From: a virus
Virus record (IMG/VR): IMGVR_UViG_3300045988_085990
Span: 1-39,493 of that record
Strand: one strand, 5' to 3'
DNA: 39,493 bases
Position numbers and translations under genes: made by a program. Each line of letters opens with the position of its first letter. Within the stretch, counting starts at the first letter, position 1. Shown here piece by piece: positions 24,060 to 33,027 of the stretch. The notes under the pieces were generated by a model. The model was not told the origin of the DNA. It did no database searches and worked only from the letters and a program-made list of their open reading frames with translations.

Positions 24060-25049
24060 TCATTCACTAGCAGAAATACAACCGATTGCCGTAGCTTCAG
24101 GACGGAGACCACCATGGCCCATGGAATATTTAGCGACAAGCTGAGTTGCCTGATATTCGATACGACGACCAGTTTCTACTGCAAGGTCTTTCAACTTAAC
24201 CGTACCCACAGCCGTATGATGAGCGGCAACAAAGACACATTTGTCTTTATAGAGAGCCGGGAAGTCGTGAGCTGTGCCAGAACGCAATACGTGAGTACCA
24301 TCTGCCCCACCATCCGTAAGGTGAGGAACTTCGATGATATTGAAGCCAGCAATCTTAGTAATGTTACCGTCAGTCAAAGTACCAACAGCACCGAAGTCGC
24401 GGTTGATAGCGTTCCAAGAAGCTACCAGAGCGGCCACACCGTCAGGCTTCATGTAGACATAACGTTCCGTAGCAGGTACATACTGGTTAGAGAATTTAGC
24501 TTTCAGTTCGAGAAGCATCTGAACAATCATCTTGCCTTCTGCTTCAGTGATACCCATATCAGAAGCACCAAGCTTTTTGTCTAAGATGACACCTTTGCCA
24601 AGGCCCGTAATATTTTCCTTCTGTTCAACAGCCAGTTTAGCGATTTCAGCAAGGATAGCACCGTCAGCAGACACAGCCAAAGCTTCACCCATCTGCTTAG
24701 AGTATTCGTTACGGACATCAAAGTGAGACATAGCTTCGTAGATGTCTGTTACCATCTGGTCAGAAGTCAGTAAGCCGTCAATGCCAATAATCTTTTCGTT
24801 ATGCGGAATAGCTTCACGAATTTCATCCAAGGACTGACCAGCACCCAAGTAAGCGGCTTTTGCCCGACCCATTACAGGGAAGGAAGCGGACTTACCAGAG
24901 GAAATGGTACGCATCAAATGATTGTTGATCGCCAAGGCAGAACGTTCAAATGCGGAAACAACTTCACCCGAAAATACTTTAAGAAAACCTGCTAATGCGT
25001 CTGTCTGACCCTGATTAAGACCCGGCTGGGAAATGTTTGTTAATGCCAT
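24060..25049 (-). CDS. Major capsid protein, T7 gp10A-like (329 aa)
   Basis: By-eye alignment to T7 gp10: FLKVFSGEV, ISSGKSASFPVMGR, GFNIIEVPHLTDGG, HHTAVGTVKLKDLA, AKYSMGHGGLRPEA. Confidence 0.96.
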   Translation of the reverse strand: MALTNISQPGLNQGQTDALAGFLKVFSGEVVSAFERSALAINNHLMRTISSGKSASFPVMGRAKAAYLGAGQSLDEIREAIPHNEKIIGIDGLLTSDQMVTDIYEAMSHFDVRNEYSKQMGEALAVSADGAILAEIAKLAVEQKENITGLGKGVILDKKLGASDMGITEAEGKMIVQMLLELKAKFSNQYVPATERYVYMKPDGVAALVASWNAINRDFGAVGTLTDGNITKIAGFNIIEVPHLTDGGADGTHVLRSGTAHDFPALYKDKCVFVAAHHTAVGTVKLKDLAVETGRRIEYQATQLVAKYSMGHGGLRPEATAIGCISASE

Positions 25050-25065
25050 AATTTATCAATCTCCT

Positions 25066-25791
25066 TTAAAATAATTTAGAATTAATAACTTTCTGTTCAA
25101 TTTCACGGGTATACGACTTGTCTTTCCCATATCGAGGGTCAGCCATAGCCGCTACCATTTCTTGCTTAGAATTAAAACCAACATTAGTAGACACAGCACC
25201 ACTACCACCCATAATCGTGGGATTGCTAGAACCCATGGTCTGTACCATGTCTGCCTTAATACCTCTGAGCATCGTCTGAATCGCCATTACGTTACCACTG
25301 TTCATAGTGTCGTTCCACATCTTTTTATAGTCGGCGTTCTGCTGAGAAGCAAAGGTCTGTAATTTAATAAACTCTTCCTGACCACCTGCACTTTCTACTA
25401 CGTGTCGAGCAAGACGATCATATTCAGCTTCCATACCGCGGATATATGCATCGACAACAGACTTAGGATACCCTGCTTTTTCAAGGCTCTGTAACTGTTC
25501 TGCCGTGAGTTCACCTTTCTCTGTATAGGTTTTCTCAAGGTCAGCCCAATCAACACCTTTAGATTCCAAGTCGTTTTTCAGGTCTTCATTAGCCTGTGCC
25601 TGTGCATCTGCTCGTTGCTGTACATTATCGTCTACATCCTGTCCCGTAGGCTCAGGAGTCTGCTCTTCAGGAGCTTCTGTAGTTGTAGTTGTTGTTGTGT
25701 CTTCAGGGACAATGTTAACTTCCATCCCTGTGTTTTCAGTTACCTGTACATTATTCTGCTGTACCTGTTCCTGAACATTTTCCTGTTCCAT
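25066..25791 (-). CDS. Scaffolding protein, gp9-like (241 aa)
   Basis: Acidic, low-complexity N-terminus. It lies between the portal and capsid genes. Confidence 0.8.
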   Translation of the reverse strand: MEQENVQEQVQQNNVQVTENTGMEVNIVPEDTTTTTTTEAPEEQTPEPTGQDVDDNVQQRADAQAQANEDLKNDLESKGVDWADLEKTYTEKGELTAEQLQSLEKAGYPKSVVDAYIRGMEAEYDRLARHVVESAGGQEEFIKLQTFASQQNADYKKMWNDTMNSGNVMAIQTMLRGIKADMVQTMGSSNPTIMGGSGAVSTNVGFNSKQEMVAAMADPRYGKDKSYTREIEQKVINSKLF

Positions 25792-25794
25792 TCA

Positions 25795-27312
25795 TTAACC
25801 TCCTTGTTGTTCTGGCTGAGACATAGCTTGCATTGCCATTTCCTGTCCCATTGCCATTTGTTGCTCTTCTTCAATCTGTTGCTGTGTCTTTACGAGACCT
25901 TCTGTTTCGACACCTGCCCCCGTAAACATATTCAGGAGCATGACATTCCAATTAATCATGGCCTGAGCATTGGGAATCTGAGATACCAAGCTCAATACCG
26001 TAGCATACTTCTCTAAATCGTGTCCCCGTCCCAAAGCATCCAAACCAGTTGTGATTGTCGGTTCCACTGTTCCTTCAGGTAAGTTCGGAACCTCACCTGT
26101 GCTCTGGAGCTGGTTCATGATTCTACGTACAAGAGGTAACTGTAATTCCTGCGACAAAATGGAGTATACGCCACCTAATGTGTCTTCCAGTTCTCCAGCT
26201 ACCGTGCGTACTTCCTCTGCGGTGACTCGTTCAGCATTACGCTGTACCACAGAAGACAAAAGAAATGCATAAGACAAACGGGCTTCGATTGCATCTGCCG
26301 TCTGTTTTGCTGTGTTGAAGTCATAGTATTTCTCAAGCTGTAATACACCAATATCTTCGATACGCCCTGGGATGAAGTCGCCACTAGTAGCGTTCTCCAG
26401 CTTCTTTGCCCGTGTTACTCCATTAGGATTGACAAGGAAGTAGATATTAGCCGCAATCGTAGACAGCTTGAAGATTGCTTTAGACAAGTTCTCAAGGGAC
26501 TTTAAGTCACCAAGATATTCCTCAACAAAGGAACGTCCGTAAGACTCACCATCCATTTTGACCATGCGAATAGGTAAGTAAGGAGTTTTCAGTACAGGGT
26601 AACTCTGCTGGCTCCCCTGAATCGGTGTGTCTTCTACTTCCTGATACGCCAAGAACTGGTCGCCACTCCGACATACATGCGTGTATACCTCGATGAGGTC
26701 TTCAGGCTTCTTGTCGGTCTTAATCAAATTCTGAACTGTAACGTCCAGTGTCGAATAAGCCACTTTGTCTAATGTAACAATCTGAATGACGTTACCAAGG
26801 CCATCCCTTTGAATGACATAATTACTAAGACGGTACATCTTAATACCACCTTCAGCAGGTGGAAGGAATAATAGAGCATTGCCAGCAACAATACACTGCT
26901 TCAAGGCTTCTAACACAGTAACTCGAATCTGGTTAGACTCAATGTACTTCATGATTCTATTCTCAATCTGCATGAGAGCCTGTTCTACCTGAGCTTTTGT
27001 GTCTTCTTGTCCCTGCGCCATGTATTCCGACAAAACTTCGTCCGACATACCTAATCGGAAAAACGGACTGTTCGGAGGCATCAAGGCAAGTATGAGTTTA
27101 GAAGCCAGATTGTTAATACCCCGTGCGCCTACAGACTGATATGGTGTGTCATAATTCTTACTCTTATCATCGTTCTCCTCAGGGAATAACGACGGAATCG
27201 TAACCTTTGCACAATCAACGGCTCGCTGAATATACGGTTGTCTGTCATTCTTCAGTCTGTTATAGGTCTTCTTTGCTCCCTGTTCCTGTAACTCTTGAAT
27301 TGTGATGTCCAT
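25795..27312 (-). CDS. Portal (head-tail connector), T7 gp8-like (505 aa)
   Basis: Long collinear matches to T7 gp8: YNRLKNDRQPY..TIPSLFP, GARGINNLASKL, DGESYGRSFVEEYLGDLKSLENL, GGVYSILSQELQLPLVR. Confidence 0.96.
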   Translation of the reverse strand: MDITIQELQEQGAKKTYNRLKNDRQPYIQRAVDCAKVTIPSLFPEENDDKSKNYDTPYQSVGARGINNLASKLILALMPPNSPFFRLGMSDEVLSEYMAQGQEDTKAQVEQALMQIENRIMKYIESNQIRVTVLEALKQCIVAGNALLFLPPAEGGIKMYRLSNYVIQRDGLGNVIQIVTLDKVAYSTLDVTVQNLIKTDKKPEDLIEVYTHVCRSGDQFLAYQEVEDTPIQGSQQSYPVLKTPYLPIRMVKMDGESYGRSFVEEYLGDLKSLENLSKAIFKLSTIAANIYFLVNPNGVTRAKKLENATSGDFIPGRIEDIGVLQLEKYYDFNTAKQTADAIEARLSYAFLLSSVVQRNAERVTAEEVRTVAGELEDTLGGVYSILSQELQLPLVRRIMNQLQSTGEVPNLPEGTVEPTITTGLDALGRGHDLEKYATVLSLVSQIPNAQAMINWNVMLLNMFTGAGVETEGLVKTQQQIEEEQQMAMGQEMAMQAMSQPEQQGG

Positions 27313-27591
27313 TTAGATATTCAGTCCACTATAGCTAGAGCTACCAGAGGAACGAGAATTGTCACTGTTGATAAGCAAACTAGCTTTGCCCTTCTTTTTC
27401 TTCTTCTCTGTGCCTAATGCAGGAGATTCTGGAACATTGGAAGCCGTACTAGGAACTACCTGTGCCGCCGATACATTAGGAGCAGATACATCGGCAGTCT
27501 TACCAAAACCAAGGACGTTACCCACAATATCAAAAGGGGCAGACACAACTCTCTTAATTGCTTTACCAATACCACCCAAATTAATCACCAA
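27313..27591 (-). CDS. Small virion-associated-like protein (about 90 aa; start uncertain, TTG or GTG)
   Basis: Gly-rich N-terminus, a KKKKKGK tract and a Ser-rich C-terminus. It lies just before the portal gene, like T7 gp6.7/7.3-class proteins. No ATG start. Confidence 0.5.
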   Translation of the reverse strand: MVINLGGIGKAIKRVVSAPFDIVGNVLGFGKTADVSAPNVSAAQVVPSTASNVPESPALGTEKKKKKGKASLLINSDNSRSSGSSSYSGLNI

Positions 27592-27763
27592 CCCTTTCTA
27601 ATAAATTAATTACTGCGTAGACACCTCTCATATATGAAGGCAGTTTGTCTTCCGTAATAGAAGTAGTTAAGAAGTAGTCTACATCAAAATATTCTCTAAG
27701 ACACCCCACGAGTTCAGGGGAAGTCATGAGTTCCAAATCTGATAATGTGTCATCTTTACGCAT
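27581..27763 (-). CDS. Hypothetical protein (60 aa from the internal ATG)
   Basis: An ATG at 27761-27763 has a GGGAGGGG SD and an 8-nt overlap with the upstream stop. The longer ORF-track version overlaps the GNAT gene. Confidence 0.5.
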   Translation of the reverse strand: MRKDDTLSDLELMTSPELVGCLREYFDVDYFLTTSITEDKLPSYMRGVYAVINLLERVGD

Positions 27764-28247
27764 CTTCAGCCCCTCCCATATAGACAAAAGTAGGGTACGA
27801 CTTAGAGTACCCCACCTTCGTATAACTATTATTTTTACCAAGAAATGCTCCCGCGTAGACAAAGGCGCAATCATTGGCATCACCCATGTCCTTGAGGAAC
27901 TGAGCCGCAATCCTGCCAAACCCAGCATACTTAGGATTCATAGACACAACAAATAATTCCTCAAGTACCCTCAAGTTATCGGCCCACCATGCAAAATTTG
28001 TATTCAAGACAAAAGCGACTGCACCTACAAAATCACCGTCTTCAGTATAGAAGTAGGCAATGTTCTTTGTCTTATTCAGCTCACTAATTGTCATCCATGC
28101 ACAATCTTTATCAGCAAACTTTTCGCATAGTGGATTATTGTGTCTAAGTTCCCACAGCCTCTCAGTGACTTCATAAGCTCTTTCTGCGGTTTCCCCATAG
28201 TGTACTATGAATCGGGTTCCCAAAGCCTGATAGATCCTGTTTTCCAA
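27756..28247 (-). CDS. GNAT-family N-acetyltransferase-like protein (163 aa, TTG start)
   Basis: The segment EELFVVSMNPKYAGFGRIAAQFLKD resembles GNAT motif A (xxGxG/A). AAGGGTGA lies upstream of the TTG. Confidence 0.6.
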   Translation of the reverse strand: MENRIYQALGTRFIVHYGETAERAYEVTERLWELRHNNPLCEKFADKDCAWMTISELNKTKNIAYFYTEDGDFVGAVAFVLNTNFAWWADNLRVLEELFVVSMNPKYAGFGRIAAQFLKDMGDANDCAFVYAGAFLGKNNSYTKVGYSKSYPTFVYMGGAEDA

Positions 28248-28960
28248 TCGTAATCACCCTTTTCATGTAAGATGTAAGCAAGACGGGCGTTCTTCAGAGC
28301 TTCCTTGGCATCTCCTTTGTAAGCTCTCAAGACCGTATCCCACGTATAACCAAGTTCATCTAGAAGACGGGTTGCCTTTACCTCACCAAACCCAGAAGCA
28401 CCTTTATAGTTATCTGTGGTGTCACCCATGATTGTCTGCTTCAAATGCCATCGACGGGCATCTTCCTTTGTTGTTTCAAAGTATTCATTACGCATAAAAT
28501 CATAGAACTTTCCTTCGATAGCCCGAAAGTCTTTGTCTCCGCTAACGAGAACATAATCTCCTTCAAGCTCTTTTGTCAGAAGTCCACAACAATCATCTGC
28601 CTCTAAATGAGGTTCCATGTAGCAGACAAAGTTTTCACGTATCCATTCACGCATGGGATTGAAGCAGATAGGTCTTCGCTTACTCGTTCGGTTTCCCTTG
28701 TAGTCTCTGAATACTTCTTCATTCCTGAAGTTGACATTATCTTTGTCTGTGAGACACATGAACCATCGGTATTCCCCTTTGTACTTATAGTGGTCAAGGA
28801 TTTTATCCGACAGCTCTTTTGCAAAGTTAGAGAAGTACGTAGTGGCTTCCCTCATATCACAGTGAAGTGTCCAGATGTCGTTGCCCCAATGTACAGGCTT
28901 TTCACACTCCAGCAAAGAGACAAAGAGGAGCATGTCGGCATCAAAAATCAAATTCATCAT
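28205..28960 (-). CDS. 5'-3' exonuclease, T7 gp6-like (251 aa)
   Basis: Matches to T7 gp6: EPHLEADDCCG, LVSGDKDFRAI, RRWHLKQTIMGDTTDNYKG. Confidence 0.9.
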   Translation of the reverse strand: MMNLIFDADMLLFVSLLECEKPVHWGNDIWTLHCDMREATTYFSNFAKELSDKILDHYKYKGEYRWFMCLTDKDNVNFRNEEVFRDYKGNRTSKRRPICFNPMREWIRENFVCYMEPHLEADDCCGLLTKELEGDYVLVSGDKDFRAIEGKFYDFMRNEYFETTKEDARRWHLKQTIMGDTTDNYKGASGFGEVKATRLLDELGYTWDTVLRAYKGDAKEALKNARLAYILHEKGDYDWKTGSIRLWEPDS

Positions 28961-29538
28961 TAGCTAAACGAACAACTCCTTTCTGTACACATATCACATT
29001 TCATGAAGTCTCTATCGAAAATCTCAGGACAAGCCTTTGCCAACTGTTTCTGAATCTCCATAGCCAACTGTCGGTGTTCCTGTTGCGCTCTCTTGCACAT
29101 ACGCTTAGGAAGATATTCATACCACGAACGGAAATTACCAGTGATTACTAAGGTATACTCAGCACCCTTCGGCAACAGGTAAGCGGCATCTTCTTTCTTG
29201 ACAGCTTCCTGATAGACATAAGCGTAGTCTGCCATGTGTTCCTCCAGCAGTTTGTCAATATATTCGATACCCGTCTTGTGATATGTCTTCAGCTCACAGC
29301 CTCTCGAACTCTGTACCGTAAAGGACAAGTGTCGATGTCGAGTAAGTTGGAGTAATACCGACGTAGACACAGTAATTTCAAAAGACGCATAGCAATGTTC
29401 GAGGACAGACAAATGACCTGCCTCAATCGCTTTCTGCACAGTCTTTACACCAAGGGGACGCTGGTAACATTCCCCCATGGCGCGACGAATTAAAGTTAAA
29501 GGGTCAACTGTCATAGACAGAAGTTGTACGTTAGGCAT
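28960..29538 (-). CDS. thyX: Flavin-dependent thymidylate synthase ThyX (192 aa)
   Basis: ThyX signature RHRHLSFTVQSSR (RHRxxSxxxxSxR). Confidence 0.92.
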   Translation of the reverse strand: MPNVQLLSMTVDPLTLIRRAMGECYQRPLGVKTVQKAIEAGHLSVLEHCYASFEITVSTSVLLQLTRHRHLSFTVQSSRGCELKTYHKTGIEYIDKLLEEHMADYAYVYQEAVKKEDAAYLLPKGAEYTLVITGNFRSWYEYLPKRMCKRAQQEHRQLAMEIQKQLAKACPEIFDRDFMKCDMCTERSCSFS

Positions 29539-29704
29539 TTCCTAATTCCTCCTCTACATAAACTTCTTGTGTCTCTTCATCTGTTTCATACGGAAAACCA
29601 AAGGGGTCTTTGTCTACCATCGTTTCAGCTTCTTCAATAGAGTCAGCTTCCACAATGACCGTAGAGTCTCTATTGTAATTAATGTGGACACGATATTTAT
29701 TCAT
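29531..29704 (-). CDS. Small acidic hypothetical protein (57 aa), below the ORF-track cutoff
   Basis: Hand translation gives MNKYRVHINYNRDSTVIVEADSIEEAETMVDKDPFGFPYETDEETQEVYVEEELGNA. Its stop overlaps the thyX ATG, and it fills a 170-nt gap. Confidence 0.55.
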   Translation of the reverse strand: MNKYRVHINYNRDSTVIVEADSIEEAETMVDKDPFGFPYETDEETQEVYVEEELGNA

Positions 29705-29708
29705 CTAG

Positions 29709-30374
29709 CTACCACCCCTGTTTCTTGCAAAACTCAATAATCATATTTGCCCGTTTCAGCATTTCTTCAGCATTGTCTTCTGCTTCCTTCTGTGTTTTGA
29801 ATACGTTACCCATGGCATACATAACAGAATCCTGAATGAAATATTCACTAAGCCCAAAAGTCGTGAAATGGACTAACCCATCTTTTAATACATAGTGGCA
29901 CGGTTCCATAAAAGCAGGTTTCCGGGGTTCAGCCAGCTTTTCCTTCAGGCGACAAAGAGCCAACCCCATACCTAAACGAAAATCCCATTTGTCTTGTGGA
30001 GCCTTCTTAGCTTTTGCTTCTACATCACCCTGTTTCACCTTGATAATGGAGTTTTCTTTGTCTACATAGCACTTCACTTTTTCAGGGTCAAGACCTAAGT
30101 ATTCTGCAAGAAGATGTGTCGTAGGAGGCAGTTTTCTGAATCCATCATCTTTTAAATGAATGTCAGCCATATCATAAGCATTTCTTTGTGTTTCAGGGTA
30201 TGGGTCACGGGAGTTAATATCCCAGAACCACAAATGTACCCCGTATGCCCCTTTCAATCTAACCGAGAAGTCATTTTTGTCTACCTCCACAATTACTGCA
30301 CCTCCAGGGAACTTGTCAGCCTGTTCTCCTGTAACCACAACTTCCATACCTACTTTTGCATCTTCAAATTTCAT
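29709..30374 (-). CDS. Hypothetical protein (221 aa from the ATG; the ORF-track TTG at 30401 is unlikely)
   Basis: A perfect SD (AGGAGGAAACAAT) precedes the ATG at 30372-30374. No motif recognised. Confidence 0.75.
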   Translation of the reverse strand: MKFEDAKVGMEVVVTGEQADKFPGGAVIVEVDKNDFSVRLKGAYGVHLWFWDINSRDPYPETQRNAYDMADIHLKDDGFRKLPPTTHLLAEYLGLDPEKVKCYVDKENSIIKVKQGDVEAKAKKAPQDKWDFRLGMGLALCRLKEKLAEPRKPAFMEPCHYVLKDGLVHFTTFGLSEYFIQDSVMYAMGNVFKTQKEAEDNAEEMLKRANMIIEFCKKQGW

Positions 30375-30391
30375 ATTGTTTCCTCCTGTTC

Positions 30392-30547
30392 CTAATGGCA
30401 ATCTGCCCAGTTCTTACCAATCTTACCTTCCGTATCTAATTGACACCTGAAGTTGAAATATCGCTGTGTGTCTCTCATAGCCTGTTGAGCTTCCTTAATG
30501 ACAATTTCAGCAATGCCTTCAGTACGACAGGCAATCTGTTGCTCATC
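30392..30547 (-). CDS. DNA polymerase, exon 2 (51 aa plus stop)
   Basis: Hand translation gives DEQQIACRTEGIAEIVIKEAQQAMRDTQRYFNFRCQLDTEGKIGKNWADCH. This aligns with the T7 gp5 C-terminus HDEIQVGCRTEEIAQVV...NFRCLLDTEGKMGPNWAICH. Confidence 0.92.
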   Translation of the reverse strand, partial: DEQQIACRTEGIAEIVIKEAQQAMRDTQRYFNFRCQLDTEGKIGKNWADCH

Positions 30548-31165
30548 CTTACTGTATTCCCTTATTACTAAGGGTGTCGGACTATATCATTAGCATATGA
30601 GGTTTATGCTACTAGGCGCTTCGGGTAACAGGGGAATCACACCCCTACCCCTACTCCTTACGGATAGTCTCTACGCTTTCCACTCTCTAATCCACTTACA
30701 TGTGGTAGAGAACGACACACCAAATACTTTAGACAAAGCTATACCTGTACAATGATTTTTCATCCAATATTCTTTAGCTTTATCCTTACGTTTCTTATAA
30801 CGCAAGTGGTTATCTTTCTTAGCATGTTCACTTCCTTCGAGCATTTGAAGGTGTTCAATATTACAACATGCTCTATTTTTGCATATGTGGTCTATTTCAT
30901 ACCCTTCTGGTATCTTACCATATGTCTGTTCCCAAACATAGCGATGATACATAACCAATGGGGATCTACCCTTACCATTACGTGTGGGGCGGTATCTGAA
31001 ATAACCATCTGCATTTAATTTGTGTGACGTAGGGACAATGCATCCATTATCCAGTTTCTTCAAAATCAATGGTTTACCTCGCATATGTCCTCCTGTGGCT
31101 TAGTTCGGTATTGCCCCTTAGGGGTTTCACCGAGTTCACCTAGTTTAATGTGCACAATGAAGTCT
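30548..31165 (-). mobile_element. Group I intron (618 nt) in the DNA polymerase gene, carrying an HNH homing endonuclease ORF
   Basis: The exon end GUGCAU pairs with intron GUGCAC (31150-31155), with a U.G pair at the splice site. UCAU just 5' of it can pair with exon 2 AUGA (P10). The intron ends in G. The 3' part has hairpins, including CCCTTA-GTAA-TAAGGG (a GNRA loop) and a GACTAT...ATAGTC pairing. Confidence 0.85.
30671..31084 (-). CDS. HNH homing endonuclease (137 aa), intron-encoded
   Basis: HRYVWEQTYGKIPEGYEIDHICKNRACCNIEHLQ (HNH with a Cys cluster). AGGAGGACAT SD. It has a C-terminal HTH-like tail. Confidence 0.88.
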   Translation of the reverse strand: MRGKPLILKKLDNGCIVPTSHKLNADGYFRYRPTRNGKGRSPLVMYHRYVWEQTYGKIPEGYEIDHICKNRACCNIEHLQMLEGSEHAKKDNHLRYKKRKDKAKEYWMKNHCTGIALSKVFGVSFSTTCKWIREWKA

Positions 31166-32863
31166 ATGCACCCATGCCATAAGCTGAAAATCCTTGCCAT
31201 GGTCTAACCCAAGGTTCAGCAAGAGTTCCTCTGTACGTACAATCCAGTATTTACAGACGATAGCTCCTGCTGACTGTAACAAGAGATTCAGCGCACTGTG
31301 GATTGACCGAGTATAAAGTAAGCGGCCATCCAGACCCTTCAGGTAACGTGTCTTCCATTCCCTTTGTCTCATTTCCACGTTGTAAGTAGACAAAAGGTTT
31401 TTGACACTTTGCTGGAGCTTCTTGATAGCAGGTGTTGCCTTTAAGAACTTCTTCCGTAGTTCTGCACCATGCTCCGCTGTACCTCCAACAATTTCTCCAA
31501 TCTTTGCGTCTCCTGCACCATAAAGGAACCCATACACAAACGTCTTTGCCATGTTTCTCTCTGGCAATCCTGCGGCCATCTGATTCTTCGTGTGGATGTC
31601 CCCTTCGACACATTCATGTGCATACTCCCCGTTGTCAAAAGGATATAAGTAGTGGGAGAGACACCTAAGTTCCAGACCACAGGCATCCACGCCAGCCTGA
31701 AACCAGCCATCGGGAACCGTGAATAACTCACGACACTCTGCACCGTATGGAGAACCAACATGAGGAACCTGTGCAATGTTGGGATGTGAGTGTGTCGCTC
31801 TACCTGTAATAGCACCATTGGGATTCACTCGCCCATGTAAGCGACCATCAGAAGACACAAGTTTCATCCAACCATTTTTACCATCCCTGAGCTGTCCTAA
31901 CCGTTTAGTCAGGAGTAAGTTAGTAGAAAACAGCTCTGCCAACTCCTTGACTTCTTCAGAAGCTTTCGGGTCTTTCTGAATGAGCTTGAATGTCTCTTCG
32001 TTCAGCTGTATGTTCCCGTTGTCGTTCCACATGTCGTCATTGTCGAATGGATAGCCATAGTGGTCTTTCAGAATCCACAGGATTTGCTGGCGGCTGTTGG
32101 GGTTGAACTCCTTGTATCTCTGAATGGGAACGCCCTTCTTATAACCCATCTTCGCATTGTCTCTCTTAGGGACAAACACTTTGTCGGGAATCTTTGGGCA
32201 TTTGTCCGCCAACTTAGACAACACTTTCTCCTGCTCTGCAAGAAGGGTAGACAAAAGCTTTTTAGCCTTATCCATATCAAAGGTAAAGCCATTCTTCTCC
32301 ATCTTCTGCATCAACCACTGTGCCTTATGCTCCAGATCAAGAGCCTGTACCGTTGTCTTCTTCTTACGACATTTGTTGTATAGAGCTTCTGTGACAACTA
32401 CGTCCTGCTCATTGTAGTCCAGCATCTCTTCGTTGAAGATCGCCCAGACATCATCTGCTTCATAGTCGCTGGCATATGTCCCCTTGAGAACTCCTAAGCG
32501 ATAGCCATACGCCTTCAGAGAGTGTGAGCCATAGAGTCGAGAAGGTAAGACACCTGTTCTTGTTAGTTTGTTGTCGATGTAGTTAATCTCAGAGAATACC
32601 AAACGAGCATAGACCAACGTGTCTACTACTTTGTCTTTTCCTATATGGAACCACGGAAACACCTTAGAGATAGCTGGAATGTCGAACGCTATAATGTTAT
32701 GCCCACAAATTGTGTCACCGCTCATAAGCATCCGCACCCCAGCTTCTACTTCGTCAGGGCTAAACCTGTACATTTTATTCTCTTTGGTGTCCTTGATACA
32801 CATACAGTGAATTTTTGTCATATCCTCCAGCAAACCGTCTGTTTCAATGTCGAATATTAACAC
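31166..32863 (-). CDS. DNA polymerase (family A, T7 gp5-like), exon 1 (566 aa)
   Basis: Exo motifs FDIETDG, GHNIIAFDIP and YNEQDV. Pol motif A is DACGLELR. Motif B is RNMAKTFVYGFLYGAG. Motif C is interrupted after MAWVH. Confidence 0.93.
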
Positions 32864-32873
32864 AAAATCACTC

Positions 32874-33026
32874 CTATTCTGTGTACTGTTTTAACTCCGC
32901 AATCTTTTTAGCATACTCCTGTTCGAGTTTTGTAAAGGTTTCCGTTGCCTTAACAAGCATCTTATGCGCCATAATGACACGCTTGTTGTGGCAGTACGTC
33001 TCCACTCGCTTCAGAATTTTTAACAT
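32874..33026 (-). CDS. Small hypothetical protein (50 aa from the internal ATG)
   Basis: The ATG lies 1 nt after the nrdD stop. The helical, charged sequence ends KIAELKQYTE. The longer ORF-track version overlaps nrdD. Confidence 0.45.
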   Translation of the reverse strand: MLKILKRVETYCHNKRVIMAHKMLVKATETFTKLEQEYAKKIAELKQYTE

Positions 33027-33027
33027 T

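Noticed and set aside
24047-24075. A programmed -1 frameshift extension of the capsid gene, as in T7 10A/10B.
   Set aside because: No extended alternative frame exists downstream. The terminator hairpin begins 13 nt after the stop codon and the next gene follows immediately.
31145-31165. Treating the 572-aa ORF (ending RLHCAH-stop) and the 378-aa terminase ORF (ending IRPCSYVKKCV-stop) as complete or truncated pseudogenes.
   Set aside because: The tails after MAWVH and DPSGRG are intron sequence read in-frame. The missing conserved C-terminal parts are present downstream in a splice-compatible frame with P1/P10 pairings, so the genes are interrupted, not decayed.
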